From Octopus sinensis (taxonomy: Eukaryota): DNA of 64,000 nucleotides. Positions 26,143 through 39,912 of the stretch are shown in pieces. Both the position numbers and the translations under genes were made by a program. Under the pieces are notes generated by a model that did not search any database, was not told the origin of the DNA, and saw only the letters and a program-made list of their open reading frames with translations. The stretch is taken from NCBI RefSeq assembly GCF_006345805.1, contig NC_043018.1, forward strand, positions 24,242,001 through 24,306,000, written 5' to 3'. Numbering within the stretch: the first letter of the stretch is position 1; every line of letters starts with the position of its first letter.

Positions 26143-26261
26143 TATATATGGTTTTACTGGGATCTCCCTTTTAAGTAGAAAGAATAGCCATAACTCTTTG
26201 ACTGCTATTTCTAAATCGGTGTGTGGTGAGGCAAATCGTTGCTAAACCCTTAATTACTTAG

Positions 26262-26293
<32 letters not shown>

Positions 26294-26819
26294 TGCACAC
26301 ATATATTGCGGGGGCGTATAATTACTCAGATTTGTGCCTGGGCACTCAGTAAAACCATTTGCGTAAAAAAAAAAAGTGATACCAAAACGAAACCCTAAAT
26401 CTTTACTGACTGACTTTTATTGCAGTGCTGTAGAAGAAGGCCCATGCCTTCCGATAGAAGGCCTGGGGTCGACGTAATAGTTTCCGGTCATCCTGCTCTT
26501 GCTTATCGCTGGATATTTTAAACTATGGATACATACTTAAGAGCCTGGCGTACATGTCGAACCAGTGTATGCTACTTGCTATATATATATATGTATATGT
26601 ATATATATGCGTGTGTATGTGTGTATAAAATCCAATGATGTCTGTCATGAGACGGCTATCGTTCGACAAGATGTAGTCACTTTGTCTTCTGTCTCTCTAC
26701 CTACCTATATAACTATCGCTTTGTCTGTCTATCTTTCTATCTGTCTGGCCGTCTGTATATCTGTCTGTGTATCAGTCCCTCTATTTTTTTGTCTATCTGT
26801 CTACGTATCCATCCACCTA

Positions 26820-26897
26820 TCTATCTGTCTATCTGCCTGTCTCTCTTTCTATGCATCTATCTATCTGTCTATCTGCCTGTCTCTTTCTGTGCATCTG

Positions 26898-26955
<58 letters not shown>

Positions 26956-27179
26956 ATCTCTGCCTGTCTCTCTTTCTGTGCATCTATCTATCTGTCTATC
27001 TGCCTGTCTCTCTTTCTGTGCATTCTATATCTGTCTATCTGCTGTCTCTCTTTCTGTGCATCTATCTATCTGTCTATCTGCCTGTCTCTCTTTCTGTGCA
27101 TCTATCTATCTGTCTATCTGCCTGTCTCTCTTTCTGTGCATCTATCTATCTGTCTATCTGCCTGTCTCTCTTTCTGTGC

Positions 27180-27251
<72 letters not shown>

Positions 27252-27507
27252 GTCTATCTGCCTGTCTCTCTTTCTGTGCATCTATCTATCTGTCTATCTG
27301 CCTGTCTCTCTTTCTGTGCATCTATCTATCTGCCTGTCTCTCTTTCTGTGCATCTATCTATCTGTCTATCTGCCTGTCTCTCTTTCTGTGCATCTATCTA
27401 TCTGTCTGTCTGCCTGTCTCTCTTTCTGTGCATCTATCTATCTGTCTATCTGCCTGTCTCTCTGTGCATCTATCTATCTGTCTAATTGCCTGTCTCTCTT
27501 TCTGTGC

Positions 27508-27553
<46 letters not shown>

Positions 27554-27739
27554 TTGTCTATCTGCCTGTCTCTCTTTCTATGCATCTATCTATCTGTCTA
27601 TCTGCCTGTCTCTTTCTGTGCATCTATCTATCTGTCTATCTGCCTGTCTCTCTTTCTGTGCATCTATCTATCTGTCTATCTGCCTGTCTCTCTTTCTATG
27701 CATCTATCTATCTGTCTATCTGCCTGTCTCTTTCTGTGC

Positions 27740-27787
<48 letters not shown>

Positions 27788-27922
27788 GCCTGTCTCTCTT
27801 TCTGTGCATCTATCTATCTGTCTATCTGCCTGTCTTTCTTTCTGTGCATCTATCTATCTGTCTATCTGCCTGTCTCTCTTTTATGCATCTATCTGTCTAT
27901 CTGCCTGTCTCTCTTTCTGTGC

Positions 27923-28012
<90 letters not shown>

Positions 28013-28166
28013 GTCTCTCTTTCTGTGCATCTATCTATCTGTCTCTCTTTCTGTGCATCTATCTATCTGTCTATCTCTCTTTCTGTGCATCTATCTATCT
28101 GTCTATCTGCCTGTCTCTCTTTCTGTGCATCTATCTATCTGTCTATCTGCCTGTCTCTTTCTGTGC

Positions 28167-28210
<44 letters not shown>

Positions 28211-28350
28211 GCCTGTCTCTCTTTCTGTGCATCTATCTATCTGTCTATCTGCCTGTCTCTCTTTCTGTGCATCTATCTATCTGTCTATCTGCCTGTCTCT
28301 CTTTCTGTGCATCTATCTATCTGTCTATCTGCCTGTCTCTCTTTCTGTGC

Positions 28351-28414
<64 letters not shown>

Positions 28415-28510
28415 GCCTGTCTCTCTTTCTGTGCATCTATCTATCTGTCTCTCTTTCTGTGCATCTATCTATCTATCTATCTATCTCTCTTTCTGTGCAT
28501 CTATCTATCT
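26820..28510. repeat. ~40-bp minisatellite array with (TATC)n expansions
   Basis: Unit TGCCTGTCTCTCTTTCTGTGCATCTATCTATCTGTCTATC repeated in tandem. Confidence 0.95.
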
Positions 28511-29471
28511 ATCAGTCTGTCTGTCTGTCTATCATCTAATCTCATCTGTGTGTCTGTGAGTGTGTGTGCGTACACATTTTGCTATCATCACCTGTTTCAC
28601 GATACCATGTCGGCTTGACGCCTCTTAACCGTTTTACATTTGTACTAATTTTATAATTTGTCTCTTGTCTCAACACACATTTATTCATCCACTCTCTGTC
28701 TAAAACATCTCTTTTCTACCTGTCTCACAACCTTTCTTTCCCTCACTCATTGTGCAAATTGTGTGTGTTGGCTGGGGGTATGTGGAAATATATATAATTC
28801 ACCCTCTTACAACAACTGTCTGTCAGACTCCACATTATCTTTCTGATTGTCTTTCTCTTTCTCTATTATTAAGAGCACACAGAAGCGACACTCACCTGTT
28901 ACAGTAAATCCTCTTTGCCTAATTGCTTTATTAAATCATTCACAATGTATTTTCTTTAAATTTGAACTCTTTGAGTAAAGTGAAAGCAAAAAAAAAAAAC
29001 AAAAAAAAAAACGCCAATTCAGACATGTACTCTCGCGCGCGCTTATATGCTCACACGAATTCATCACCACAGGCATATATATTTTCACATAAACACCCAC
29101 TCACACACACACACACGCGATCACAGAAACAGTTTTCCATTCACACACATACATATCCAGAGAGAGAGAGAGAAATCAGAAACACACACACACCGCACAC
29201 ACGTATGTATATATATATATTCAGACGAGAGACGAGAAACTCACATTCTCAGACACTGTCAACACACTTACATCAACGGATATGCGCACACTCACCCAAT
29301 CCCAGGTATATACAGGCGTACAACATGTGATAGTGGCAACGGACTCAACCAAGGTACTTTATGTTCCTTGTTGGAACGGCTTCAGTTCTCCATGAAGTCT
29401 CAAATGAAAAGCACGGAAGCCACTATCTGAAGTCTCACGTGTATCTACAGAAATCGTACATCAATATATTT

Positions 29472-29502
<31 letters not shown>

Positions 29503-29945
29503 AAGAAGAAAATTTAACGTAGCACTTAGTATTTTTTAGAATTTGTAACTTTTCTTTGAATCTGACATTAAATCTCGCCCGGTTGCTCAAGGCACCACGC
29601 CGTGGGGCTGAACCCGAAACAATGTGGTTGGGAAGCAAACTTCTTTACCGCACAGCCAAGTCTATAAATATAAAATCGGATGATATTTATCCAACGTTTC
29701 GTTCTTCCCACGCCTTTTAAAAAACGGTGGTGTGATTCGAAGGAATTTTGACTGCTGTTTTTAGCAGGTCGAGATACTACCTAAATAACGGTTCTCAATC
29801 TATTCTTTGTAAGGAACTTCTAGGTGCGCCACGGAATTTCAAAAGTACAAATTTAAGGCTTCAGAAAATCCATATTAAATTGCTTGAATGTCTTGAAAAA
29901 CCTGTTTTATGTAATTTCGTTAGAGGTAGGTATGTTAAATGAAAT

Positions 29946-30114
29946 GAGTGGCTGTGTAGTAAGTAGCTTGCTTACCAACCACATGGTTCCGGGTTCAGTC
30001 CCACTGCGTGGCACCTTGGGTTTTAGTGTCTTCTACTATAGACTCGGGCCGACCAAAGCCTTGTGAGTGGATTTGGTAGACAGAACTGAAAGAAGCCCAT
30101 CGTATATATGTAGT

Positions 30115-30195
<81 letters not shown>

Positions 30196-30400
30196 TTTAT
30201 GTGTCTGTGTTTGTCCCTCTCCCCAACATCGCTGGACAACCGATGCTGGTGTGTTTACATCCCCGTAACTTAGCGGTTCGGCAAAAGAGACCGATAGAAT
30301 AAGTACTAGGCTTACAAAGAATAAGTCCTGGGGTCGATTTGCTCGACTAAAGGCGGTGCTCCAGCATGGCCACAGTCAAATGACTGAAACAATTAAAAGA
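29946..30400 (+). mobile_element. SINE family A, near full length
   Basis: High similarity to 7938-8340. Confidence 0.9.
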
Positions 30401-31420
30401 CTCTTTTGAGTAATAGTTTTCTATATTTTCTGGAATTTTAGCGTTAAAATAGTTTTCTTTTAAAACTTTCCGCATTAGCTGTACTAGTATTTTTACTTTA
30501 TTTCTTTCAATTTTGTATTTGATCTCCAATCGCTTCGAAGTCGAGAGCATTAAGAACTTACTGATATAGCTGATTCGCCCTTCGTGGCTGTTAACATATG
30601 TTATTGAGAATCGATATCAAAAGCCCTAGTCTTCGGTGAAGCGACAGTTGTTAATGATAATTTTTCTCGTTTTTCCAATATCATTTTCCTTTCTCTTTCC
30701 CTATTTCCAACTTTCTTTATCTCTCGCACGTATCTCAAGTTTATGGTGTTCTCACTTCTCTTATCGCTTCTGTTGTTTAGTGCATTGTAGGTGCCACCCT
30801 GCAGAGTCGGCTTCGGTCGCTTCTTTTCCATCTCTGGAAGAAAGGCTTGGTGTATTAAATAAACTTGGTGTATTAAATGAACTGTTTAAAGTTTATGTCA
30901 CAACGTTATCTTTTCTTTCAGATGAGCATGAACGTTGCAAAATCACGTTTATATATATAATACACAAATTCGACATTGATTTTCACGGAAACTTTGGTGC
31001 CAAATACGTTTCTGGATTACTGATTTTCTGGAATCAGGAATGATCACCTTAATCAACATACTTTAAATTAAATATGAAATAGTTAATTGCAAGAGAAGCA
31101 GCATTAGTACTCAAAAGGCAATCTTTAAGTTCAACTTAACGTGAATGTTTCATTAGAACACTGACTACTTAGTATCCGCTGCTCTAGCAGAACATCCATG
31201 TTAAGTTGGACCTAAATATAAAATGTACTTGATTAATTAAATGAATTACAGGTACACGTTCATTGATGTAAACGATACAAGTTTATTAATACTATACTGT
31301 GCAAGGTAAAACTAACCTGGTAGCCGCGGAAATTTGAAGTTCCTGCTTGTAAATTGGTGTGATTATGAGAGGCACCGGAATGTTAGTGTCTGGAAAGTCG
31401 GTATTGTACACACACACACA

Positions 31421-31634
31421 CGAGGGGGTGCTGAAAAGTTCCTGGCTTTAAGGGTGTCGCAAAAGGCCTGGTTAGAGGTCCAACCTTCCAAGTTCTTTCA
31501 CAGGGTTTAGAAAAACTGAAGGACCATTGCACTAAGTGTGTGAATCAGAGAGGGAAATATGTTCAATGAGATCATAACTGATCTTCCTGGATTTCCCTTT
31601 ATCCCAAGCCAGGAACTTTTTTAGTATCCCATCG
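31421..31634 (+). mobile_element. Mariner-derived MITE
   Basis: TIRs CGAGGGGGTGCTGAAAAGTTCCTGGCTT / AAGCCAGGAACTTTT..TCCCATCG; internal GLEKLKDHCTKCVNQRGKYVQ* mariner tail. Confidence 0.75.
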
Positions 31635-31670
31635 TATGTGTGTGTGTAATGATATATATATATATACACA

Positions 31671-31717
<47 letters not shown>

Positions 31718-31720
<3 letters not shown>

Positions 31721-32483
31721 GGTTCGGTGAATAAACTGTCGTCTAAATTATGCAAAAATGAAAATAAAGCTGATATCTCATTTTAACATATATTTACCAA
31801 AAATATCTTGAAATACTAAAGAGTAAATTTATTCAATAAAATCGCCATTGGCTTCAACCAAGTCCTCCAGACGACTTCGCAATTTCCTGGACGGTCTCCT
31901 TGTTTTAAGTTGGTGAATGCTGCCATAATCCTTGCCTTCAGTTCAGTTACAAGGAGTTATGTTGGTCTCTTACGGTTTTGGGAGTTAGGTGGCCAGATGT
32001 TAGGGGTGAGATGTGGTCACAGAAGTTGTCTGACAGCCATGACTGGGTTCTCCTGCATGTGTGGTTTGGTGCAGATTCCTGTTGCCAGACATAGGGTCTT
32101 CCAGCAGCCATCCTCTTGACCCAGGGCAGTACAACCTCCTCCACGCATTGATCTATGCCTCCGTGTTGAGTGTGAGGCCGTGTGGGAAGATGAATGGAGG
32201 CATAACATCGCCATCATTAGTTATCACTCCAAGCACCATGGTGTTGACTGGATGTTTGATTTTTATCATTCTCGGTACATGTTCGTATTGGAGCTTCTGG
32301 CACGAATGCCAAGCAGTACAGCATATCGTTTCCAAATTTCTGGCAGAGTGAATTGCGTCATGGTGCTGTTTTTGTGATAGACGGTGCCCAACTGACCCTA
32401 CTATACTGTGTAGTCAACAGAATCAAAAACAGTGCGATGCACGAAATTAAAAATATAAAATGGCGACAATTTACCTATCGCAC

Positions 32484-32487
<4 letters not shown>
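31718..32487 (-). mobile_element. Internally deleted Tc1/mariner (maT/DD37D-like) transposon
   Basis: KHPVNTMVLGVITNDGDVMPPFIF...EEVVLPWV...YVWQQESAPNHT...WPPNS...EANGDFIE; imperfect TIRs. Confidence 0.8.
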
Positions 32488-32520
<33 letters not shown>

Positions 32521-33249
32521 TTGTATCTTTCTATATCTGAAGCTTTGCATGAATACATTATACATACACATAAAACCAGGATGGTTACGGTTGGTGTGCT
32601 TGGATCATAAACCTGTTCGTTCAAGATTGAACAAGAAGCTGAAGTGTGTGCCGTTGTACTGTGACTGTTTTTCATGGCATGAAGCATATATGGATACAGA
32701 GAGAGAGCTAGAAATAACCGCTAAATATTACTCATATCATACCTCTTTGTAAAAGATACAGGCATTAGATAATCTAATGAGATTAAACCTCTGTCCGAAA
32801 AGATCGGCTTGAATGTCTTTGATCATAAGTTTGCTTGCTGAGCGTATACTTCGGGCTAAACAACTATTAAATCATGTCTCCTTCCGATATAGATAGGCTG
32901 ACTTAGAGTAATTTACGATAAATTACGATGTTGTTTCAACCTAGGTCAACTCTAATCGAACAGATCTATAACGGCAAGTACTCCAGCTGTAACCATCTTG
33001 TCTTTTTAGGACTATTGAGTAATACTAATGCGTCTTCGTATTTAAGACGGTGGAGTATGATTTGAAGCAGATTTGTCTGCAGTTTCTTGCAGGTTGGGCG
33101 ATAAAGTAAAGTTCCCTTTGTTTTAGTTCCTGGTATAGCCCCCAAAATTGACAACCCCGGCCATCTTTTGCTTTCCTTTTGTCTTTCTTTTATATAACGA
33201 AGTGGGAAACAACTGCAATTATACGGGCGTATATCGATCGAATGTTCTT

Positions 33250-33440
33250 GATATTTACTCGTGTATAAGACGCACTATTTTATTACTAATTGTAATCGAA
33301 AAAAATAAGGGGCATTGTGACAAAACTAAAACTTATAACAAACTTATACGCGGGACAAAACTAAAACTATGAAAGGAAAACATTTTGTACCAAGATTTAA
33401 CGCTAAAATTAGGGGTGCGACTTATACTCGAGTAAATACG
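33250..33440. mobile_element. pogo/Tigger-like MITE
   Basis: TIRs atttactcgtgtataagacgcac / gtgcgacttatactcgagtaaat. Confidence 0.6.
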
Positions 33441-33831
33441 TAGTTATTCCTGTTCTGTTATAGTTACTACACCACTCGCTATGTCGATTTATTTAAGGGT
33501 TCGTACAAAAACTAGAATAATGTATATATTTCTCTGTCCATTTCCCTCTCCCTCGGCTTTTCCTCGTTATTGAGGATGCTTTCGAAGTTCTTTCATCTAT
33601 TTTGTTGACGTTTCTATTTTTCATAACTATTTTCCGATGTTTGAAATTAATCGTTAGTCAGAAAACCAATGCTGAAATTTCGGATATGGTCTTTCCCAGA
33701 AGTCGTTGTCAAGAAGATATATTCTTGTCGAATATAATTCGTAGGAAACACAACAGTTCCTCTTTTATATGCTTGTTTTCAGAACATAGATCTTCAATTA
33801 CCTTTTACCACTTGTAAGGTCGGCTGTTATA

Positions 33832-33923
<92 letters not shown>

Positions 33924-33961
33924 TATAGGTTAAAATTGCCGAATGGTCGAAATTAAAGTCA

Positions 33962-34093
33962 ACATATAGAATTTTCTCAATAAAGCCAAGAAAAAATGAT
34001 TTTTATAAACACATTCTACCAGTATACGAAGTTTAAAAGTGTTTAGTTAACTAGAGATAGTGTTGAAAACTGCCGTTCAAAAGGAAAAGATCC
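33962..34093 (-). mobile_element. 5' fragment of GGATC-TIR MITE
   Basis: Reverse complement of ~5506-5640. Confidence 0.8.
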
Positions 34094-34229
34094 TATTTTG
34101 TCACTTAGAAGTTTGATGTAGTAAGTGCTTTTTTTGCGCCCCGTTTCTTTTCAGTGCTTCTTGGAAACTAAAAAAGAAACGGTGGGTATTTCGTTTGCTG
34201 CCGGTATCTGCAGTACGAAACACACTCCA

Positions 34230-34278
34230 CCTTTTCACTTCTGTAGTTCGCTTGCGAAAGCTCAACGAAGATGTATGT
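34230..34278 (+). promoter_or_regulatory. Candidate TCT-type start and short first exon with GTATGT donor
   Basis: CCTTTTC at 34230-34236, CpG-rich context, AAGAT|GTATGT at 34273; upstream of the CpG-decay domain. Confidence 0.35.
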
Positions 34279-35401
34279 AGTATTAGACGGAGCCGTCTTA
34301 TTTTCTCTCTGGTCGCCCTGCACGCGGTTGCGTCCGGATGTGGATGGAGGCTTTGGTTTTCGTATACTGCTCTTTGTATGTCATCGTTGGAGCTCGTGAC
34401 TTGGAGATATTACATCTTTAAAAAGAATGGGAAAGAAGTGATTGTGAATCGATACTCATCCCATGAGTCCCATTAACGTTCCACCCCGCCCATACACGCT
34501 TTTTGTTTTATCACTATATTGTTCTTCACTTACACGAAGTGAGCAGCTGGTGTAATAAATGCGACATTTACATCTTAACACGCCAACATGTCTTATCGAG
34601 TCGACTAGGTTAGCCATTACGTGGTCGTTTCCATATGCTAGAAATAGTAGAAATGGTTGCCAATTCTCCTTCACATTATACATTACCATCACTGAAAGAA
34701 AAGGGGGAAAAAAGCATTAGATAACGTAATCCTAGATAATCCTAAAAAAAACACGAAGATTTGTCAAAACTGGAATGTCTGATTAATAGTCTGTTCGATC
34801 CAGGATGACCTGTTGCTAAACGAAACAGTATTTTGTTGATTTATTTTATCGAGGCCTCACGACTCACATCTGTTGTAACTTTACTTAAAATATTTTTTTT
34901 TATTGTCGATATTTTTGCTCCTCCCTAGCATGTCTATATCTTATTCCGGTTACATCAAAGCTCTTTTCCGCGTACATACACACACACACACACACACATT
35001 CACCGGTCAATACTTTGATGTTTACACTGAAGCAGTACGTTTACTTAGCAGAATACTTTAAAAACTTTCTATTAAGCTCGCTTTCCCCCTCCTCCTACCT
35101 TCCACACAGACAGAGCTCTTGATCTCCAATTCATTGTTTGTAGTGAACTGATTTCCGATCGTTGTTTTTGGGGTTTAACACATCACTGGCATATTTTGCT
35201 TGTTAAAGGGTGTACTACTAACATTAAACCTACTCAGTACTTTATTACTCCAAAATAAACAAACTTTTGGCTATTTTTATACATAATACATCTTCAACCT
35301 GATTTAATCTTTGGTTTTGAGTGTTTATTATTAGGTTTGAAAACAAATAACCGCCAGATTATAATCATAATACTGCAAGGACAGAATTATATATATATAT
35401 A

Positions 35402-35700
35402 TCATCATCATCGTTTAATGTCCGCCTTCAATGCTGGCATGGGTTGGATGGTTTGACAAGTCGGCCAGGTAGAATACCACCCCAGGCTACCGTGTCCGTT
35501 TTGGCATGGCTTTTACGGCTGGATGCCCTTCCTAACACCAACCCCCCGCAGTGTACTGAGTGCTTTTTATGTGGCACCAGCACAGGCGAGGTCAGATTTT
35601 GGCAAGTTTTTTTTTACAGCTGGATGTCCTTCCAAATGCCAACCACTTCACAGTGTGGACTGGATGCTTTTTACATAGCACCAGCACCGGCAGGGTCACC
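35402..35700 (-). mobile_element. SINE family C ((ATG)n-tailed)
   Basis: catcatcgtttaa...gctggatgcccttcctaac; similar to 38244, 44304, 54556 and 63915 copies. Confidence 0.7.
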
Positions 35701-35924
35701 AAGTAACTTGCAAGACAAGGAATTTTGAGAGGGGAGGGAGAATTGGAGGAGGTGATCTTGTGTCAGAGAGAGAGGGAGGTGTCTTGCTATAGAGGAGGTA
35801 CATGGTTACCTGTGTGGGTCGACAATTCCTAAACGGTGGAGGTATGAAACTAACCAGCTCCAAAGAAGAGAGGCCATTGCAGTAATGAGACTTCTGCTGG
35901 TTCTGTGATACCAAACTTTGCATT

Positions 35925-36320
35925 TTGGCAGAACCGTTAGCATGCTGGTTAAAATGCTTAGTGGCACTTGGTTCATCTTTAAATTCTGAGTTCATATTCT
36001 GCTGAGGTCAACTTTTCCTTTCATCCTTTTGGGGGTCAATAAAATAAGTACCAGTTGTGAACTGGGGTGGATATAATCAACTTACTTCCCCTCTGAACTT
36101 ACTTGCCTTGTGCCAAAATTTGAAGCTGATATTTAAGCATTCCACAAGGCAGGGAACTGGCAAAACTGTTTTTACGTTCTGAGTTCTAATTCTGCCAAAA
36201 TCAACTTTGCCGTTCATCCTTTTGGGCTTGATAAGATAAGCACCAGTTGTGAACTGGGGTCAAAGTAATTGATTTAACCCCTCCCATGAAACTGTTGGCC
36301 TTGTGCCGAAATTAGAAACC
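35925..36320 (+). mobile_element. Two CpG-decayed SINE family B copies
   Basis: Family similarity with CG to TG/CA changes. Confidence 0.75.
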
Positions 36321-36409
36321 AATATTTAAACATTTCATCATAAGAAGATTTTGTTATGTTGCAAACATCAGATTAATTATGATGGTATCAAGTTTTAGCA
36401 TAAGGCCAG

Positions 36410-36599
36410 TATGTGTGTATATATATATATATATGTGTATATATATATTTGTGTATGTATATACATATGTGTATATATGTATATATGGATGTATGTATGT
36501 AAATATATATATATGTGTGTGAGTATATATAATATATATGTGTATGTGTATATATATATAATACATAGTATGTGTATATATATATAATATATATACATA

Positions 36600-36641
<42 letters not shown>

Positions 36642-37400
36642 TATGGTGTATATATATATATATTAATATATATATATATATATGTATGTGTATATATATA
36701 TGGTGGTATATATATATGTATGTGTATATATATTATGTGTATTATATATATATGTATGTGTATATATATATATGTATGTGTTATTATATATATGTATGTG
36801 TATATATATACATATATATGTGTATGTATATATGTATATATATATATATGTATGTATATATGTATATATATATATATGTATATATGTGTATGTATATATA
36901 TATATATATGTATGTGTATATATATATATGTATGTGTATATATATATATGTATGTGTATATATATACATATATATGTGTATGTATATATGTATATATATA
37001 TATGTATATATGTGTATGTATATATGTATATATGTGTATGTATATATGTATATATGTGTATGTATATATGTATATATGTATATATGTGTATGTATATATG
37101 TATATATATGTGTATGTATATATGTATATATGTGTATGTATATATGTATATATGTGTATGTATATATGTATATATGTATATATGTATATGTATATATGTA
37201 TATATATATGTATATATGTATATATGTGTATGTATATATATATGTATGTATATATGTATATATATGTATGTATATATGTGTATGTATATATGTGTATATG
37301 TGTGTGCATATGTATATATGTGCATGTGTATATAGATATATGCGTATATATATATATTTGTGTATATGTATATATGTACATATATGTATGTCTATATATG
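36410..37400. repeat. (TA)/(TATG) compound microsatellite
   Basis: Direct inspection. Confidence 0.9.
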
Positions 37401-38243
37401 AACGTGTTATATGTGTGTGTGTCTTCAAGTCAGGTGACTGTAATACAAAATGAAAAAAAAAATTAACCGAAACTACATGTCGCTATCAGCAGACACATCT
37501 GGGTCTGTTGTCTTACAACGTTGCCAGGTGTTTCAGCCATCTTTAGTCTCACAACATTGCAACATCTGGCCATGTTGTAAGACAATGAAATGCCATCTAT
37601 CCATTCATACATACGTAGATACATACACACTCACATATACATACATACACACACACACACACACATACATACGCACATACAGTAGCGTGGGAACCATAAT
37701 TGAGTGTATTTTTATCAATAGAAAACCAAGTTCTTTTTACTTTTGCCACATTTCTTCTATGCTCTGAATATTCAATGTCACCTACATTTCATTTAAATTT
37801 TGGTATACTGCAGAATACTATTGTAGTACTCTTGTAATGTTCGTTCCCTGCTGCTTCCAACGTTTGAATTTTTTTCCTTTTTGCTTCTATTTGAGGCAAT
37901 CAGCAGTATTTATGTGTACATGTTTGTGTGTTTGTTTTATGCCTCTTTTGCAATGTTAGCATGGTTTTGACAAATACATATTGCAGTGTTGTTTACATGG
38001 TTGGACTTCTTTGCTACCACTATTCATAATCCAGTGGTCTTTTAGGGAGGCATATAGCGTAAACATTTGCACATGCACACATGTGTGTTGCTATGTGTGT
38101 GTGTATAATGGCTTTATACAGTTATCAAGACTATGTAAAACACTTGCTCAAGGTTTTGTGTAGTGGGATTGAAGCCAAAACCACATGGCTAGGAAGCAAA
38201 CTCCTTAGATACACAGCCATTCCTATTTATATTATGTGTGTGT

Positions 38244-38455
38244 GGCCGATGCCAGCCTCGCCTGGCACCTGTGCAGGTGGCACGTAAAAAGCACCCACCA
38301 CACTCACGGAGTGGTTGGCGTTAGGAAGGGCATCCAGCTGTAGAAACATTGCCAGATAAGACCGGAGCCTGGTGCAGCCTTCTGGCTTCCCAGATCCCCG
38401 GTCGAACCGTCCAACCCATGCTAGCATGGAGAACGGATGTTAAACGATGATGGTG
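38244..38455 (+). mobile_element. SINE family C 3' part
   Basis: gcacgtaaaaagcacc...ggcatccagctgtagaaa...aaacgatgatg. Confidence 0.8.
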
Positions 38456-39509
38456 ATGTGTGTGTGTCTGAAACATTACAATAATGAAATATTATATATA
38501 CATATTGTGAGAAAGCTAGTACTTTCATGCATTATGCAATCATCAGGTGTATGTAGTAGCAATAGTAACTACTACCACCACCACCACCACTACATAAACC
38601 TGATGATTGCCTCACGCACAAAAGTTGGAATTTCATAGATTAATTATATATATATATATGTCTTCAGTAAATCATAATCAATTATATATATATATATATA
38701 GACACACATACACTAATATACAATTATGTAATATAATTATATGAAAGGGTGTGAATAAACCCCACCAACATGCTAGAAATAGATGCCAAATGGCCCTAAA
38801 AACCACGTACATTCCGTTAGTACAGTTAATCATAAAAAAAAAAATCTTATTCCTTTATTCATCTGCCCACTTACAACCTGTGCTAATGGAGTGTAGGTGC
38901 GGTTTTTAGAGCCATTTGGCATCTATTTCTAGCGTGTTGGTAGGGTTTATCTGCACCTGATGATGATGATGATTAGTACATATTGTTACCTGTGTGGTTT
39001 TATTACACATTGGCCACTTGATGAAATCATGGAAGTGATTTTATCCTTAATTTTGTATGAATGTATATTTTGGCTCCTGATCAAATTGCATTTGCTCCGA
39101 TATTATTATGATTGTAAAAACATATGGTTGAGATGAAAAATTGGATTTAACTAGGTGGATATATGTTGTTCATGTGGGTATGTATAAATATTTACATTTA
39201 TATACTATGGCATATTGTACTGATGACAGCAAGGGGTTTTACAAGCCAAAGCCAGAAACCAGTCTACTATTAAAAAAAAAATCTTATTCATTTATTGAAC
39301 TGCCTGCTTACAACCTGTGCGAATGGAGTATAGATGTGATTATTAGAGACATTTGGTGTCTATTTCTAGCGTGTTGGTGGGGCTTATCTGCACCCTTTAA
39401 TATAATTACCTATTGGTATAAATTGTTACCCGTATGGTCTTATTGCATGCTGGCCACTTGATGAAATCGTTAAAGCGGTTTAATCCTTAATTGTGTATAA
39501 ATATATTCT

Positions 39510-39912
39510 TTTATTCTTTTACTTGTTTCAGTCATTTGACTGCGGCCATGCTGGAGCACCATCTTTAGTCGATCAAATTGACCCCAGAACTTATTCTTTT
39601 GTGAGCTTAGTACTTACTCTATCGGCCTCTTTTGCCAAACCACTAAGTTACAGAGATGTAAACATGCCAACATCGGTTTTCAAACAATGGTGGTGGTGGT
39701 GGGGGGGGACAAACACAGACAACCAAACACACACATGTATACATATATGTGAAGGGCTTCTTTCAGTTTCTGTCTATCAAATCCACTCACAAAGCTTTGG
39801 TCGGCCTGAGGCTATAGTAGAAGACACTTGCCCAAGGTGCCATGCAATGGGACTGAACCTAGAACTATGTGGTTGGGAAGCAAGCTTCTTACCACACAGC
39901 CACTCCTGCACC
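39510..39912 (-). mobile_element. SINE family A, partly CpG-decayed
   Basis: Similarity to 9341-9722. Confidence 0.85.

Noticed and set aside
26820-28510. CRISPR array (also SINE C internal repeats at 54590-54885)
   Set aside because: Eukaryotic context, no unique spacers, no cas genes
26565-28618. Long ORFs of 306-609 aa
   Set aside because: They translate a stop-poor minisatellite (SIYL/LSVC repeats) and overlap in all frames
28890-28975. Minus-strand CAG|GTGAGT donor (also CAG|GTAAGA at 18805-18813)
   Set aside because: Isolated splice motifs without coding support are expected by chance
30530-30820. Several TTCG tetraloop-like mini hairpins
   Set aside because: Stems of 4 bp or less with no larger fold evident
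36354-37466. IY/HT/VC-rich ORFs here and at ~4, 21, 24-25, 44-45 and 60 kb
   Set aside because: Translations of (TA)n, (TG)n and (TATG)n microsatellites
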